Source: an uncultured Aminicenantes bacterium
GTDB lineage: Bacteria; Acidobacteriota; Aminicenantia; UBA2199
DNA: 64,000 bases
Assembly: GCA_965195285.1 (NCBI GenBank)
Contig: CBDAFS010000007.1
Coordinates: 1 to 64,000 of the forward strand
Direction of reading: 5' to 3'
The position numbers and the translations under genes are program-made. Below are positions 20,171 to 30,611 of the stretch, in pieces. Each line of letters begins with the position of its first letter. Position 1 is the first letter of the stretch. The notes beneath the pieces are model-generated. The model was not told the DNA's origin. It ran no database searches and saw only the letters and a list, made by a program, of their open reading frames with translations.

Positions 20171-20192
20171 TCATACCTGAATTTGGATAAAT

Positions 20193-21134
20193 TTAATAAT
20201 CACGTGATTTTGTGAATTCCAGAAGCTCAATTAGCAAATCTTTATATAGAGAACCGGGGAAATCAGATAAAAAATCACAACAATTCTGATGATATTTATT
20301 TATCTGCTGGTAACAAAAAGATTCGATATTAAACTCATGAAAAAGGGCTAATAACTTCTTATAGTTACCACTTTTTATGAATCTTTTTACTTCCCCCTTT
20401 TTTTCTTTTAATAAAAAAATATAGGGCAAAGTAATTTTTCCCTCTTTAAGATCTCTGAAACAATCCTTCCCGGTATTGTTGGAAAAGATATCCAGTATAT
20501 CATCCCGGACCTGGAACATGGTTCCGAAATTCAAACCAAATTGATAAAAATTTTTTTTACTCGAGACGGAATCTTCATTTAGAGCCGGAATTATTTCGGC
20601 AATTCCTGCAAATAGGGCTGAGGTTTTTTTCTCCACAATCGAATAGTAAGTCTTAGGACTTAGATCATAATTAAAATTATTATCTACCTCCACTATCTGC
20701 CCCTCGATCATGCAACTGGCGGCATTTAACACAATATCCATTAAATATTTCTTCTCAATACGGTTTAAAAAGTTAAGAGAATTGATGAACAAAAAATCTC
20801 CACCAAGTACCGAGATATAATTACCCAAGTTTACATTCAGTGTTTTTACCCCCCTTCTCAATTTTGAATTATCTACAATATCATCATGAATTAAACTGGA
20901 AAGGTGTAACATTTCTATGGAAGCCGCAATGATGGGTAGTTCGTTTTTTTTTGTTTTGTTCAATCCCGCTAAAAGAAATAAAAAAGTCGATCTTATTTTT
21001 TTGCCTTTTGAAATGGGTGTCAGGTTGGTGATTTTTCTGAGCAAATTACTGCTGCTTTTGAGTTCCTTGATTATGATTTCGGTGGTTTCCAGTAACTGCT
21101 TCTTAATTGGAGCTTGAATTTTTTGCAAATCCAT
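20193..21134 (-). CDS. Polyprenyl diphosphate synthase
   Basis: GKKIR, EMLH..SLIHDDIVD...RRG, GD, KKT, FQVRDDILD, DLKEGKITLP. Confidence 0.93.
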   Translation of the reverse strand: MDLQKIQAPIKKQLLETTEIIIKELKSSSNLLRKITNLTPISKGKKIRSTFLFLLAGLNKTKKNELPIIAASIEMLHLSSLIHDDIVDNSKLRRGVKTLNVNLGNYISVLGGDFLFINSLNFLNRIEKKYLMDIVLNAASCMIEGQIVEVDNNFNYDLSPKTYYSIVEKKTSALFAGIAEIIPALNEDSVSSKKNFYQFGLNFGTMFQVRDDILDIFSNNTGKDCFRDLKEGKITLPYIFLLKEKKGEVKRFIKSGNYKKLLALFHEFNIESFCYQQINKYHQNCCDFLSDFPGSLYKDLLIELLEFTKSRDY

Positions 21135-21199
21135 TTAATTAATTTTATCATTTCACTGCTGGTTTTGCAAAATCATTCTCCCCTGTGATAAAATTTTCT
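21135..21199. promoter_or_regulatory. Divergent promoter pair sharing one palindromic -35 (TTGCAA)
   Basis: TTGCAA at 21165-21170. On +: 18 nt to TAAAAT (21189-21194), then ATG 21200. On -: 17 nt to TAAAAT (21147-21142), then ATG 21134. Both -10 elements are preceded by TG. Confidence 0.6.
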
Positions 21200-21616
21200 A
21201 TGATAGAACTCAAGTATATTCAATTCAAAACCAATGGCAAAAATGATATGATTAATATAACCGAAGAATTAAAGAATTTGGTTTTAGATTCCAGTATTTC
21301 TTCAGGTAATATACTGATTTTTGTTCCCGGGGCAACCGGGGCGTTGTCTTCCATTGAATACGAACCGGGATTGATAAAAGATTTTCCGGAACTCATGGAA
21401 AGGTTAATTCCCATGCAGCAACAATATCATCATAATGAAACCTGGCATGATGGAAATGGGCATTCTCATCTCAGAGCTACACTGATAGGTCCTTCGCTTT
21501 CTGTTCCCTTTGAAAACAGTGAATTAATCTTGGGTACCTGGCAGCAAATTGTTTTTTTGGAATTTGATAACAAACCTCATAATCGTAAGATTGCTGTCCA
21601 ATTAATGGGTAATTGA
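21200..21616 (+). CDS. yjbQ: YjbQ/UPF0047 family protein (secondary thiamine-phosphate synthase)
   Basis: GATGAL, EYEPGL, DGNGHSHLRA, LGTWQ..VFLEFD...R. Confidence 0.9.
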   Translation: MIELKYIQFKTNGKNDMINITEELKNLVLDSSISSGNILIFVPGATGALSSIEYEPGLIKDFPELMERLIPMQQQYHHNETWHDGNGHSHLRATLIGPSLSVPFENSELILGTWQQIVFLEFDNKPHNRKIAVQLMGN

Positions 21617-21675
21617 TACCCTGTGTCGAACTTATCATGCCCAATTCAAGCCCAAATGAACTATCTGATATGGTT

Positions 21676-22470
21676 CTACGAAAGATCTGCTCTTCTGAAT
21701 GAAATAATGGAACATATGAAAAATAAAAATATTAAAAAAATTAATATAAAAAAATGGGAAAAATTGAGCCCGTTTATCAAAGGCTGGGTTCCATTGTAAT
21801 AGTAAAAGGGAGAAAAAATTCGGAATGATTGCAATACTTCAACCATGGGTGCGTAAGCGTTTATTAAATACGCTACGATCGCATAACCGGTAACCATACC
21901 GATAACCAATTTCTTTTTCTGCCACAAACTACTCAAAAACAAAGTAAAAACAGAAAAAAGAAATCCCAAACTAAAGCAACTTAATAAAATTTCAGCAAGG
22001 CGGATACTGCTTAAAGTGACCCCAAGCAGTATGGAACTCAGAGTCATCCCCAACCAGAAAATAAATGCTAAAAACAGCATTGATACTGCTATTGCGGCGG
22101 TTTTTTCAAAAATGAGCCGAGATCTGGAAATTGGATTTGTAAGCAAAAGATCAAGTGTTCCCCTTTCCTTTTCGCCGGCAATGGCATCACCACCTTTAGT
22201 AATACCAAATATAAGAAATAAAAGCGGTGCCATCATAGAGAAAGGCTGTATGCTGAAAAAACCGGCCGGGGTTCTCAGTTTGATGTTTTCACCGATCAGG
22301 TTTTTAATTATCGGCGGCATATGTTCCAGGGCTTCGAAAATTGCAGTGGACTTACTTATATAGGGATAAAAATACATTAAATAAAATGAAAGGCCAATAA
22401 ATCCGATTGACCACCCCAGTATGGCGTATCGATAATCCCACAATGTTTTGAAAAACAGATTATGAAGCAT
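21676..22470 (-). CDS. ABC-2 type transporter permease
   Basis: Six hydrophobic segments; IAGEKERGTLDLLLTNPISR; SPFYYY. Start overlaps the ATPase gene end. Confidence 0.88.
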   Translation of the reverse strand: MLHNLFFKTLWDYRYAILGWSIGFIGLSFYLMYFYPYISKSTAIFEALEHMPPIIKNLIGENIKLRTPAGFFSIQPFSMMAPLLFLIFGITKGGDAIAGEKERGTLDLLLTNPISRSRLIFEKTAAIAVSMLFLAFIFWLGMTLSSILLGVTLSSIRLAEILLSCFSLGFLFSVFTLFLSSLWQKKKLVIGMVTGYAIVAYLINAYAPMVEVLQSFRIFSPFYYYNGTQPLINGLNFSHFFILIFLIFLFFICSIISFRRADLS

Positions 22471-23362
22471 TCTCAGATTCCCCGTAATGAGCCAGGAAGA
22501 TTTCTTCCAAACCTGGTTGATGACTGGAAAAATCAATGATTTTGAATTTGCTGACTTTTTTTATGAATTGATTCATATTTCCACTAACAAGACATTTCAG
22601 CCTGTGATTTTCTATGATCAGTTTGTCAATATTTTTTATATCTGAAAAATCATTCCTCTTTATTGATTCCCCAAATACAATTTCCACCTGTCGCAAACTC
22701 TTTTCTTTTAACTTTAAAACATCTTCAATGGCTACAATCTTTCCTCCTCTGATTATTCCCACCCGGTCACACACCCTTTCCACCTCGGGCAAAACATGGG
22801 AAGAAAGAAAAATGGTTTTTCCTTCTGTTTTAAACTCCATTATCAACTGATAAAATTCTTGCCTGATTAAGGGATCCAGCCCGCTCGTGGGCTCATCCAG
22901 TATCAGCAGATCCGGTTTATGCATCATGGCTTGAATCACACCTACTTTTTGTTTATTTCCCTGAGAAAGAGTACGAATATTGTGTTCAAGGTCACATTTT
23001 AAGCGTTCAGTCAACTCTTCAACAAAAGGCCAGTGAACATTCTGCCTTAATTGAGCAAAATAGAGCAGCATTTCCTTAACGGTCATATTGTTATACAGAC
23101 TCAGTTCGCCCGGTAGGTATCCAAGTCTTTTCCGGATTGAAGTACTCCTTTTTCGGGAATCAAGGCCAAACAGGAATGCCTGTCCGGAGTTAGGGCGTAT
23201 AAAATCAATCAAAAGTCGAATAGTTGTGGTTTTTCCAGCTGCATTCGGGCCCAAATAGCCAAAGACTTCACCCTCTTTGACCTTCAAATTGATGCTCTTG
23301 ATCCCTCTCTTTTTACCATAATATTTGGTCAGATTGTCGGTTTCAATAACTGGGATTTTCAT
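22460..23362 (-). CDS. ABC transporter ATP-binding protein (exporter type)
   Basis: GPNAAGKTT, LSQGNKQK, LILDEPTSGLDP, SSH. Confidence 0.93.
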   Translation of the reverse strand: MKIPVIETDNLTKYYGKKRGIKSINLKVKEGEVFGYLGPNAAGKTTTIRLLIDFIRPNSGQAFLFGLDSRKRSTSIRKRLGYLPGELSLYNNMTVKEMLLYFAQLRQNVHWPFVEELTERLKCDLEHNIRTLSQGNKQKVGVIQAMMHKPDLLILDEPTSGLDPLIRQEFYQLIMEFKTEGKTIFLSSHVLPEVERVCDRVGIIRGGKIVAIEDVLKLKEKSLRQVEIVFGESIKRNDFSDIKNIDKLIIENHRLKCLVSGNMNQFIKKVSKFKIIDFSSHQPGLEEIFLAHYGESENAS

Positions 23363-23385
23363 TTCAAGTTAAGGAACATACATTA

Positions 23386-25155
23386 TCATTTTAAATTGAT
23401 CGTTGTATTCAACTTGCCGCCATGAGGGGATTCATATCGAATAACAACCTTTCCCTTTCCGCTTATTAAAAACTGATGCTCAACTTTTCCAAAACCGGGT
23501 ATAAAAAGAAATTGAATCTCAGGGCGATATTCCTTATAAGCAACCAGATTACGATAAAGATCCTTGATGCTACCACCAGCGACTACCTTGATGTTTTTTC
23601 CTGATATTTTTAACATATCCTTAGGGTAAAGTTTAACATTCTGTACATGGTAGCTCATGGTAGGAATTGCCTTGCTATTACTCAGCCGGGTTCGAATACG
23701 TGTAAGATCCGGGGTTATTTTGTTTATATCAATCACTTCCAGTCTTATATCCGGTGTGTTTTTGGCAGAAAAAATAACAGCTGAAGCATTGCGGTGAACC
23801 AGATCAATTAGCATGAAGGGATCTGATAAACGTGAGCTCATTTTTACCCATCCACCAATTTCAATATCACCATAAATCGGATGTTTAAACGCTTTCCAGG
23901 GTTTATACAATTTTCCCTGGGCCAAGTGGTCATTAAACTTCAATCGTTCCCGATCAAAGGATCTGTTACCTCCAAAAGAAAATTCATCATCCTCATCTTT
24001 AGGGGATACTTTTTTAATCTCCTTAAAGCTTTTAAAACTCTCCTGTTTACTCATGTACAGTTCGCCCACAAAGGTATAAGAACCCATAATCATGGTCATC
24101 CATTCCCCAAAATCACCATAGGTGGTATAGAGATCTTTCCAACTGATCAGATAACGGTATCCGGGCGTAATTCTTTCGGCCTGTTCTCCCAGATAGTCAT
24201 AAACTGCTATATCCAGAGGATGATAGGCTGGCTGGGCTTTGGTACTCGGTCCTCTCAGAAACATCCCCCCATAATTATGAAAGGCCCAGGCAATGCAAAT
24301 ATTGGGACGTTGTCGAATATAACTGGCTAGGGCTTTCAATCCCACACCGGAAAAGGGATAATCTCCGGATCCCTGCTGGACGTAAGGGGGCATCCAGTCA
24401 AACCCCCAATTTCTATTGGGGTCGACATATCCTTCGGCATCTTCATTTATTTTACCATCACCATCATTATCAATTCCTTCCGAACCCAGAATGGTCCATT
24501 CTCCGGTTTCTCCTGGCTTTATTCTGACCATCAATCTTGGATCTTCAGGATCTGTTTTGAATCGTCCGTGGGGATCCCTTTTCCGCATTGTACAAATATT
24601 TCCATCTCCATCAAGGTCATCAGGGAAATCCTCATCCACCAATCCGTCATGATCATCATCATGAGGTCTGCGTAAACCCCGATTGCTACTTGATGTATTG
24701 GGATCGGCAAAAAAATGGACCCGTCCATCTACATTTACCATGGGCACAACATAAAAGCATTTTTTATCAACCAGGGCGGTTATTTCTTTATTTTCCTGAT
24801 AATTCGTCAATAAATAATTGAGTAAATACAGCGCTACTTCCGTGGCTTGAATCTCATTACCATGGATATTCCCATCCACATATATACCCGGTTTGTCAAG
24901 TTCTGGCCCGGTTTGTGGATTATTGACAGTCATACAATAGATATCCCGCCCTTCCTCGCTCTTCCCCACCAGATCCAGTTTGGTTAAACCCGGATAAGAT
25001 TTATGAAGAACCTTTAAGGCTTCAATGACCATTTCATAGTCATAATAATGGTCAAACCGTAGAGGAACCGATACGTTGGATTTTGAATAAGAGGTGACTG
25101 GTCCAAATACAATTCCCAGAAGTATAATCATAAAAAGTATATATTTTTTCTTCAT
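23386..25155 (-). CDS. M14 zinc carboxypeptidase family protein (active-site motifs intact)
   Basis: Signal peptide; DGNIHGNE, NVDG, NRNW, FHN, GEL; DxDxDG calcium-binding-like repeats. Confidence 0.88.
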   Translation of the reverse strand: MKKKYILFMIILLGIVFGPVTSYSKSNVSVPLRFDHYYDYEMVIEALKVLHKSYPGLTKLDLVGKSEEGRDIYCMTVNNPQTGPELDKPGIYVDGNIHGNEIQATEVALYLLNYLLTNYQENKEITALVDKKCFYVVPMVNVDGRVHFFADPNTSSSNRGLRRPHDDDHDGLVDEDFPDDLDGDGNICTMRKRDPHGRFKTDPEDPRLMVRIKPGETGEWTILGSEGIDNDGDGKINEDAEGYVDPNRNWGFDWMPPYVQQGSGDYPFSGVGLKALASYIRQRPNICIAWAFHNYGGMFLRGPSTKAQPAYHPLDIAVYDYLGEQAERITPGYRYLISWKDLYTTYGDFGEWMTMIMGSYTFVGELYMSKQESFKSFKEIKKVSPKDEDDEFSFGGNRSFDRERLKFNDHLAQGKLYKPWKAFKHPIYGDIEIGGWVKMSSRLSDPFMLIDLVHRNASAVIFSAKNTPDIRLEVIDINKITPDLTRIRTRLSNSKAIPTMSYHVQNVKLYPKDMLKISGKNIKVVAGGSIKDLYRNLVAYKEYRPEIQFLFIPGFGKVEHQFLISGKGKVVIRYESPHGGKLNTTINLK

Positions 25156-27179
25156 TTGGAACCCCCTAAATTCAAGAATGTACTGTCTGCCCAGGCAAGA
25201 GGAGTAAAGGCATTAATCTTTACTTTCCCGGGTTTTTTACTGTAAAGAATCCAGTTCAATACCTGGTTGCTGGTTCCGGCAATACCCTTAATCAGGCTTC
25301 TCTTTTTTCCTTCAATAATTTTCATATTTTCACCCTCAATGGTTACCACTATTGGAGAAACACGATTATTTTTTTTCCCCATTTCCGTAGGATACGGAAG
25401 ATAACCCCGGTTTTCAATCCAGACTTTTAGTCGAAACAAACCATTGCCCAGGGGTTTTACTTCTGATTTCATGATTTTGATTCTGGCGATTTTTTTTGCC
25501 AAATGAAGAATCCAGGGTACCTGTCCTTCAAGCAATTGCTTAATCATATGAGCCGGAGGAGTATGTTGAGAATAGGGCACTGCTCCGCCCAACTCAACTT
25601 CTCCCAATGTCGGATGCTGGAAAGGTTTCCAATTCATAAATCCCTTTCCCTTCAACTCCTTATCACTGAAGGCCAGCAATGCCTTTAAAACAGGGTCACC
25701 GCCTTCCTTGCTCTTGGGTTTGGGCATATTTCGGAGCATGGCTGCCATCTTTTTTGTGGTCATCATGCCATTCTTAACCGCATTCATAATCATCTTGGCT
25801 TTAACATTGGCCGGAGTACCGGAAGATTTTAGAAATGCATCAATTTTCTCTTCTCCCAGGGCTAAAAATTCATCATTGCTCATTTTCTCCAGTTTTTCAG
25901 GTGTAAGGTCCGACTTCCCCTTTTTTTCCTCCTTTAACTGCGGCAATGTCCAGAAATCCATGCTAAAAGAAGGCAATCCCAGATGATAATAAGACCATAG
26001 TTCAAAAGATCCATCCTTGGCTTTTGGAGGATCCAAACGTTTGTTATCTATTTTATTTTTTTTAAGAAATTCCTTATACTTTTCAGATACTTCATTATAG
26101 AATTTAAGATCCGCTGCCAACGGATTCACCATTGCACCCAGGCCTAAAAAGCTGGCAACCATGGATTCGGTTATTTCAAAGCCGGAAGGTACCATTCGTT
26201 TGACAATTTCCATTATTTCTTTCATGGTGTAGGTACGACTGACATCAATATTAAGACGCTTTCCCATTCGCTCCGGTATTTTTATCTTGGAAAAATCTGC
26301 GGTTCCCTTTCGCCCACCTCTGGGCGGGATGAGGCAAAAATTGGTTTCACCCAGACAAAAAGTCAGGGCAATCTCCGGATGTTGAAATATGAATTTGATT
26401 AAATTAAAACTCTCTGTTTCACTCCCGGCCCAGGCACCTCCGGTTTTTTTAAAAAACTTGAATAAATGAGGAAAATTAATGGCAATGTTTACTCCACCCG
26501 GTCCATCCTCATTGTATTGCCCATCCCCATCATTATCAATTCCTTCGACATAGACCTTATATAATCCCTTCTCACCTTTAGACCAATCTGATTTTTTCAT
26601 CAGTCTGGGTTCACCCGGAATCGGAATCCATTTTCCCTCCGGAGATTTAACCCGCATCATGGAAATAATTCCATTTCCATCAAGATCTTCCGCACCATCT
26701 TCATCCAGCTGATCATCCATATCATCATTATGAGGATGGCTGTTTCGTGGGTTCATTGCCAGCGGTTTGGAAAAATATCGATTTAAGGCATCTGGATTTC
26801 CAACCGGAAGGATATACCAGGTTTTATCGCTTCTGGATTCTTCTTTATCCAGAATTATTTGAATGGTTTTCATTGCTCCCTCGCTGGAAATCGGTACGGT
26901 TCCACTCATGTTGGCCACAACCAATATAGCAGGATTTTTCTTTCTTTTATTTTTCACTTCCAGCCCTATTTCCATAAGCATTACCTGTCGGCCGCCAGGA
27001 CTAATCGCAATGTTGTGTAGTTTGGTAATGCGGGGAAACAAATTTACCAGCTTTTTCAGGCTTTGATTCAACTCATCAGGCGAATGATAGCGATCAAAGT
27101 TCAGGGGAAACGAATCCGCCATGATTAAAATTGAAGATATTATCAGGAATAATAAAAACAACCACTTTTTTTGTTTCAT
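25152..27179 (-). CDS. M14 carboxypeptidase homologue lacking zinc ligands (probable pseudo-peptidase)
   Basis: Collinear with the neighbouring M14 (RYH, GNPD, DxDxDG repeats, WKPFQHPTLGEVELGG) but HxxE is replaced by SGTV; GAGGTG RBS before ATG 27179. Confidence 0.8.
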   Translation of the reverse strand: MKQKKWLFLLFLIISSILIMADSFPLNFDRYHSPDELNQSLKKLVNLFPRITKLHNIAISPGGRQVMLMEIGLEVKNKRKKNPAILVVANMSGTVPISSEGAMKTIQIILDKEESRSDKTWYILPVGNPDALNRYFSKPLAMNPRNSHPHNDDMDDQLDEDGAEDLDGNGIISMMRVKSPEGKWIPIPGEPRLMKKSDWSKGEKGLYKVYVEGIDNDGDGQYNEDGPGGVNIAINFPHLFKFFKKTGGAWAGSETESFNLIKFIFQHPEIALTFCLGETNFCLIPPRGGRKGTADFSKIKIPERMGKRLNIDVSRTYTMKEIMEIVKRMVPSGFEITESMVASFLGLGAMVNPLAADLKFYNEVSEKYKEFLKKNKIDNKRLDPPKAKDGSFELWSYYHLGLPSFSMDFWTLPQLKEEKKGKSDLTPEKLEKMSNDEFLALGEEKIDAFLKSSGTPANVKAKMIMNAVKNGMMTTKKMAAMLRNMPKPKSKEGGDPVLKALLAFSDKELKGKGFMNWKPFQHPTLGEVELGGAVPYSQHTPPAHMIKQLLEGQVPWILHLAKKIARIKIMKSEVKPLGNGLFRLKVWIENRGYLPYPTEMGKKNNRVSPIVVTIEGENMKIIEGKKRSLIKGIAGTSNQVLNWILYSKKPGKVKINAFTPLAWADSTFLNLGGSK

Positions 27180-27326
27180 GTTCACCTCATTTTTATTGAA
27201 TGGTAACAAAAGACCAATTATATTCATAAATGATTACGAATAAATTGTCAAAGTGTTCGTATATAAAACTCAGGAATTGACAATTATTTAATTTTTTGTA
27301 TAGTCAAAAATACAAAGGAGATAAAG

Positions 27327-27785
27327 ATGCAAAAAAAAGAATCATACAAATGGGCCTTAAAACAGGTCCAGGCTCAGATTAATAGACATGTGGATATTGT
27401 TGCCACATTGGCGAATATAGCTGCCATTTTGAAGGAGAGATTTTCCAATTTTTTCTGGGTGGGATTCTATTTCTTGCATGACCGAGAGTTGATTCTCGGA
27501 CCCTTCCAGGGGCCGCCTGCATGCATGAAACTATCTTTGGAAAAGGGTGCCTGTGCAGCAGCCGTACACCAGAAGGAGACAATTATTCTACCGGATGTTC
27601 ATCAATTTCCAGGGCATGTTGCCTGTGATTCCCGATCCAACTCCGAGATTGTCGTTCCCGGCTTTGACTGCAGGAATAAAATTAGAATGGTTTTGGATGT
27701 TGATAGTAAAAAATTCAATAATTTCGATGAAACAGATAAGGAATACCTGGAAAAAATTGTTGAGAAATTAAAAACCATCTGGTAA
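27327..27785 (+). CDS. msrC: GAF domain protein, free methionine-R-sulfoxide reductase (MsrC/YebR type)
   Basis: WVGFY, LGPFQGPPAC, GAC, FPGHVACD..SNSEIVVP, VLDVDS. Confidence 0.85.
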   Translation: MQKKESYKWALKQVQAQINRHVDIVATLANIAAILKERFSNFFWVGFYFLHDRELILGPFQGPPACMKLSLEKGACAAAVHQKETIILPDVHQFPGHVACDSRSNSEIVVPGFDCRNKIRMVLDVDSKKFNNFDETDKEYLEKIVEKLKTIW

Positions 27786-27808
27786 ATATCGTTATAAATT
27801 AACGAATA

Positions 27809-29413
27809 CTATTTCATTTGATTGCTCTTGGCCGCACTTATAAATCTCACAAAAAGCGGATGGGGTGTTATCGGACTTGATTTGAACTCCGGGTGAAACT
27901 GGCATCCGATGTACCAGGGATGATCATTTAGCTCTACCATTTCAACCAGATCCCGTTCCAGATTTTTTCCACTGATGGTCATTCCGTTTTCCTCTATAAC
28001 CGATTCAAATTTCGGATTAAATTCATAGCGATGGCGATGCCTTTCAAAGATTTTAACTTTGTTGTAAATATTGTAACTTAACGTATCCTTTTTAATTTGA
28101 CAAGAAAATTCACCAAGTCGCATATTATGTCCCATTTCTTTTATATCCACCAATTCTTTCAGTTTTAAAAATACTTTATTTGGGGTTTTGGAATCAAACT
28201 CAGTGGAATGGGCATCCTTAATCCCAGCAACATTTCGAACAAATTCAATGGTGGCGATTTGCATGCCCAGACAAATTCCAAAAAATGGAATTTTATTTTT
28301 TCTGGCATATCCAATTGCAATCATCATGCCTTTAATTCCCCTCAGACCAAATCCTCCGGGAACCAGAATTCCATTTATTTTCCTGAATCTTTCATCCAAA
28401 GGTTTTCCCAATAAATCTTCGGATTCTATTAAATCCAGTTTTACCGAAACATTATTTTCAACCCCGCCATGAAAAAGTGCTTCAAACAGGCTTTTATAAG
28501 AGTCATACAATTTTATATATTTCCCTACTATTCCAATAACCACTTCCTTTTTCAGATTGCTCGACCGATTTACCCAGGCCTGCCATTTTTTAGAGTCATT
28601 CTTCTTTTGTTTTAAATTTAATTTTTTAAGCAGAGAATTTCCAAGACCCTCTTTTTTGAAAATCAATGGAATTTCATAAATACTTTTCACATCAAAGGCG
28701 CTAACAACATCTGTTTCCCTTACGTTTGTAAACATGGCAATTTTCTTCTTAATTTCCAACGATATGGGAATTTCAGATCGACAGAGCAAGATGTCCGGTT
28801 GAATTCCAATTCCCCTTAATTCTTTCACGCTATGCTGGGTGGGTTTGGTTTTCAGTTCACCGGAAGTTTTTAAATAGGGGACCAGGGTTAAATGCATATA
28901 GATAACGTTTTCTTTTTCAAATAATAGACCAATCTGACGAATAGATTCCAAAAACGGTAAACTTTCGATATCACCAACTGTTCCCCCTATTTCCGAAATG
29001 ATAATATCATACTGACCGTCCATAGCCATGATTGCAGCATTGATTTCATCGGTAACATGGGGAATGACCTGGACCGTCTTTCCAAGGTAATCACCCCGCC
29101 TTTCCTTGCGGAGGATTTGATGATAAATTCTTCCTGCAGTCCAGTTATTTTTCTGTGACATACTGGCCTGGGTAAACCGTTCATAATGGCCAAGATCCAA
29201 ATCTGTTTCAGCCCCATCATCCGTTACAAACACTTCACCATGTTGGAGCGGACTCATGGTTCCCGGGTCAACATTTAAATAGGGATCAAATTTGATGATG
29301 GTGATGGAAAACCCATAAGATTCCAGAATATTGCCGATAGAAGCAGCGGCGATGCCTTTGCCTAAAGAAGATAAAACTCCTCCAGTAATAAAAATATATT
29401 TAGTCTTTTTCAT
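27809..29413 (-). CDS. pyrG: CTP synthase
   Basis: ITGGVLSSLGKG, DPYLNVDPGTM, KTKPTQHSV, GICLGMQ, RHRHRYE, QFHPE. Confidence 0.98.
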   Translation of the reverse strand: MKKTKYIFITGGVLSSLGKGIAAASIGNILESYGFSITIIKFDPYLNVDPGTMSPLQHGEVFVTDDGAETDLDLGHYERFTQASMSQKNNWTAGRIYHQILRKERRGDYLGKTVQVIPHVTDEINAAIMAMDGQYDIIISEIGGTVGDIESLPFLESIRQIGLLFEKENVIYMHLTLVPYLKTSGELKTKPTQHSVKELRGIGIQPDILLCRSEIPISLEIKKKIAMFTNVRETDVVSAFDVKSIYEIPLIFKKEGLGNSLLKKLNLKQKKNDSKKWQAWVNRSSNLKKEVVIGIVGKYIKLYDSYKSLFEALFHGGVENNVSVKLDLIESEDLLGKPLDERFRKINGILVPGGFGLRGIKGMMIAIGYARKNKIPFFGICLGMQIATIEFVRNVAGIKDAHSTEFDSKTPNKVFLKLKELVDIKEMGHNMRLGEFSCQIKKDTLSYNIYNKVKIFERHRHRYEFNPKFESVIEENGMTISGKNLERDLVEMVELNDHPWYIGCQFHPEFKSSPITPHPLFVRFISAAKSNQMK

Positions 29414-30140
29414 TTTCGATACCCATCAAATTTTCGATTTTTTCTATGTCCTCTGGAACATCAACTCCGATCGACGGACAGTCACTCTTAACCAACTTGA
29501 TCATAATATCGTTGGATAAGAAGCGTAATTGTTCAAGTTTTTCTAAATTTTCCAGCTTTGAAGGTGGAAAATTTACAAACCTTTCCAAAATATCGCGCCA
29601 ACAGCCATAAATGCCTATATGTTGATTAAATTCCTGAAATTGCTCAACTGTTTGATGAGGAACAGGAGAACGGGAAAAATAAAGCGCCTGAAAATGATTA
29701 TCCAAAACCACCTTAACGATATCCCTTGATCTAAAATCCTCAAAGGATTTGTTAACATAAAATGCGGAAACAACCCTCTCTCTTTCATTAAGCAAGGTAT
29801 CGTACAATCGTGAGATTAGTTTTTCAGATATCAGTGGCTCATCACCCTGAATATTGATCACCGCATCATAATTGCTGTTTTTAAGTACTTCCCATATCCG
29901 ATCAGTCCCGGATTGGATGTTCCCGGAAGTCATCTGATATTGCCCCCCAAATTTATAAACTGTTTGGGCAATCCTTTTGTCATCAGTTGCAACAATAATG
30001 TCAGTGAACTTTTTACATTTTTCAACCTGTCGATAAACCCATTCGATCATGGGTTTCCCGGCAATCTTTACCAAGGGTTTACCTTTGAAACGAGTGGAAT
30101 CATATCGAGCCGGTATAATTGCCGCAATTTTTTTATTCAT
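29400..30140 (-). CDS. kdsB: 3-deoxy-manno-octulosonate cytidylyltransferase
   Basis: IPARY.STRF.GKPL, SGTDRI, NIQGDEP, ALYFSRS, HIGIY, EKLEQLR. Confidence 0.96.
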   Translation of the reverse strand: MNKKIAAIIPARYDSTRFKGKPLVKIAGKPMIEWVYRQVEKCKKFTDIIVATDDKRIAQTVYKFGGQYQMTSGNIQSGTDRIWEVLKNSNYDAVINIQGDEPLISEKLISRLYDTLLNERERVVSAFYVNKSFEDFRSRDIVKVVLDNHFQALYFSRSPVPHQTVEQFQEFNQHIGIYGCWRDILERFVNFPPSKLENLEKLEQLRFLSNDIMIKLVKSDCPSIGVDVPEDIEKIENLMGIENEKD

Positions 30141-30221
30141 AATATATCAATACCAATTCAATATAAAAAGCAAATGACTCAACTCAATGGTGCAAAAAAA
30201 AGTATACTCAAGGTATTGGTG

Positions 30222-30608
30222 CTATTTGATGGTGGTTTCATCTCCATCCGTTTTTTTTTCCTCTAATGCTTTCAACTCCATCTGGCAAGTTCCTTGAAAA
30301 AAAGCCCCTTCCTCTATGGTTAATTTCCCTGTAATGATTTGGCCGGTAACCCTTCCTTGGGTAAAAATTTCAGTACTGCCCCTGGCAATGATCGATCCCT
30401 TGACTCTTCCGTTTATTGAAATATTTCTAACTTCAATATCAGCGTTCACCTGGGCGGTTTCACCAATAATGAGGGTATTACCTTCAAGAATTTTACCTTT
30501 GAATTTGCCATCAATTCGAAAAGATTCCTTAAAACGAATATCCCCTTTAACTTCCGTATCTTTATCAATAAAGGCATTTACTTTAATTGGTGGTTCATTT
30601 TTGGACAT
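30222..30608 (-). CDS. Bactofilin (polymer-forming cytoskeletal protein)
   Basis: RIDGKFKGKI...LIIGETAQV.ADI...INGRVKG.I...GQI.TGKL.IEEGA.FQG. Confidence 0.92.
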   Translation of the reverse strand: MSKNEPPIKVNAFIDKDTEVKGDIRFKESFRIDGKFKGKILEGNTLIIGETAQVNADIEVRNISINGRVKGSIIARGSTEIFTQGRVTGQIITGKLTIEEGAFFQGTCQMELKALEEKKTDGDETTIK

Positions 30609-30611
30609 CCA

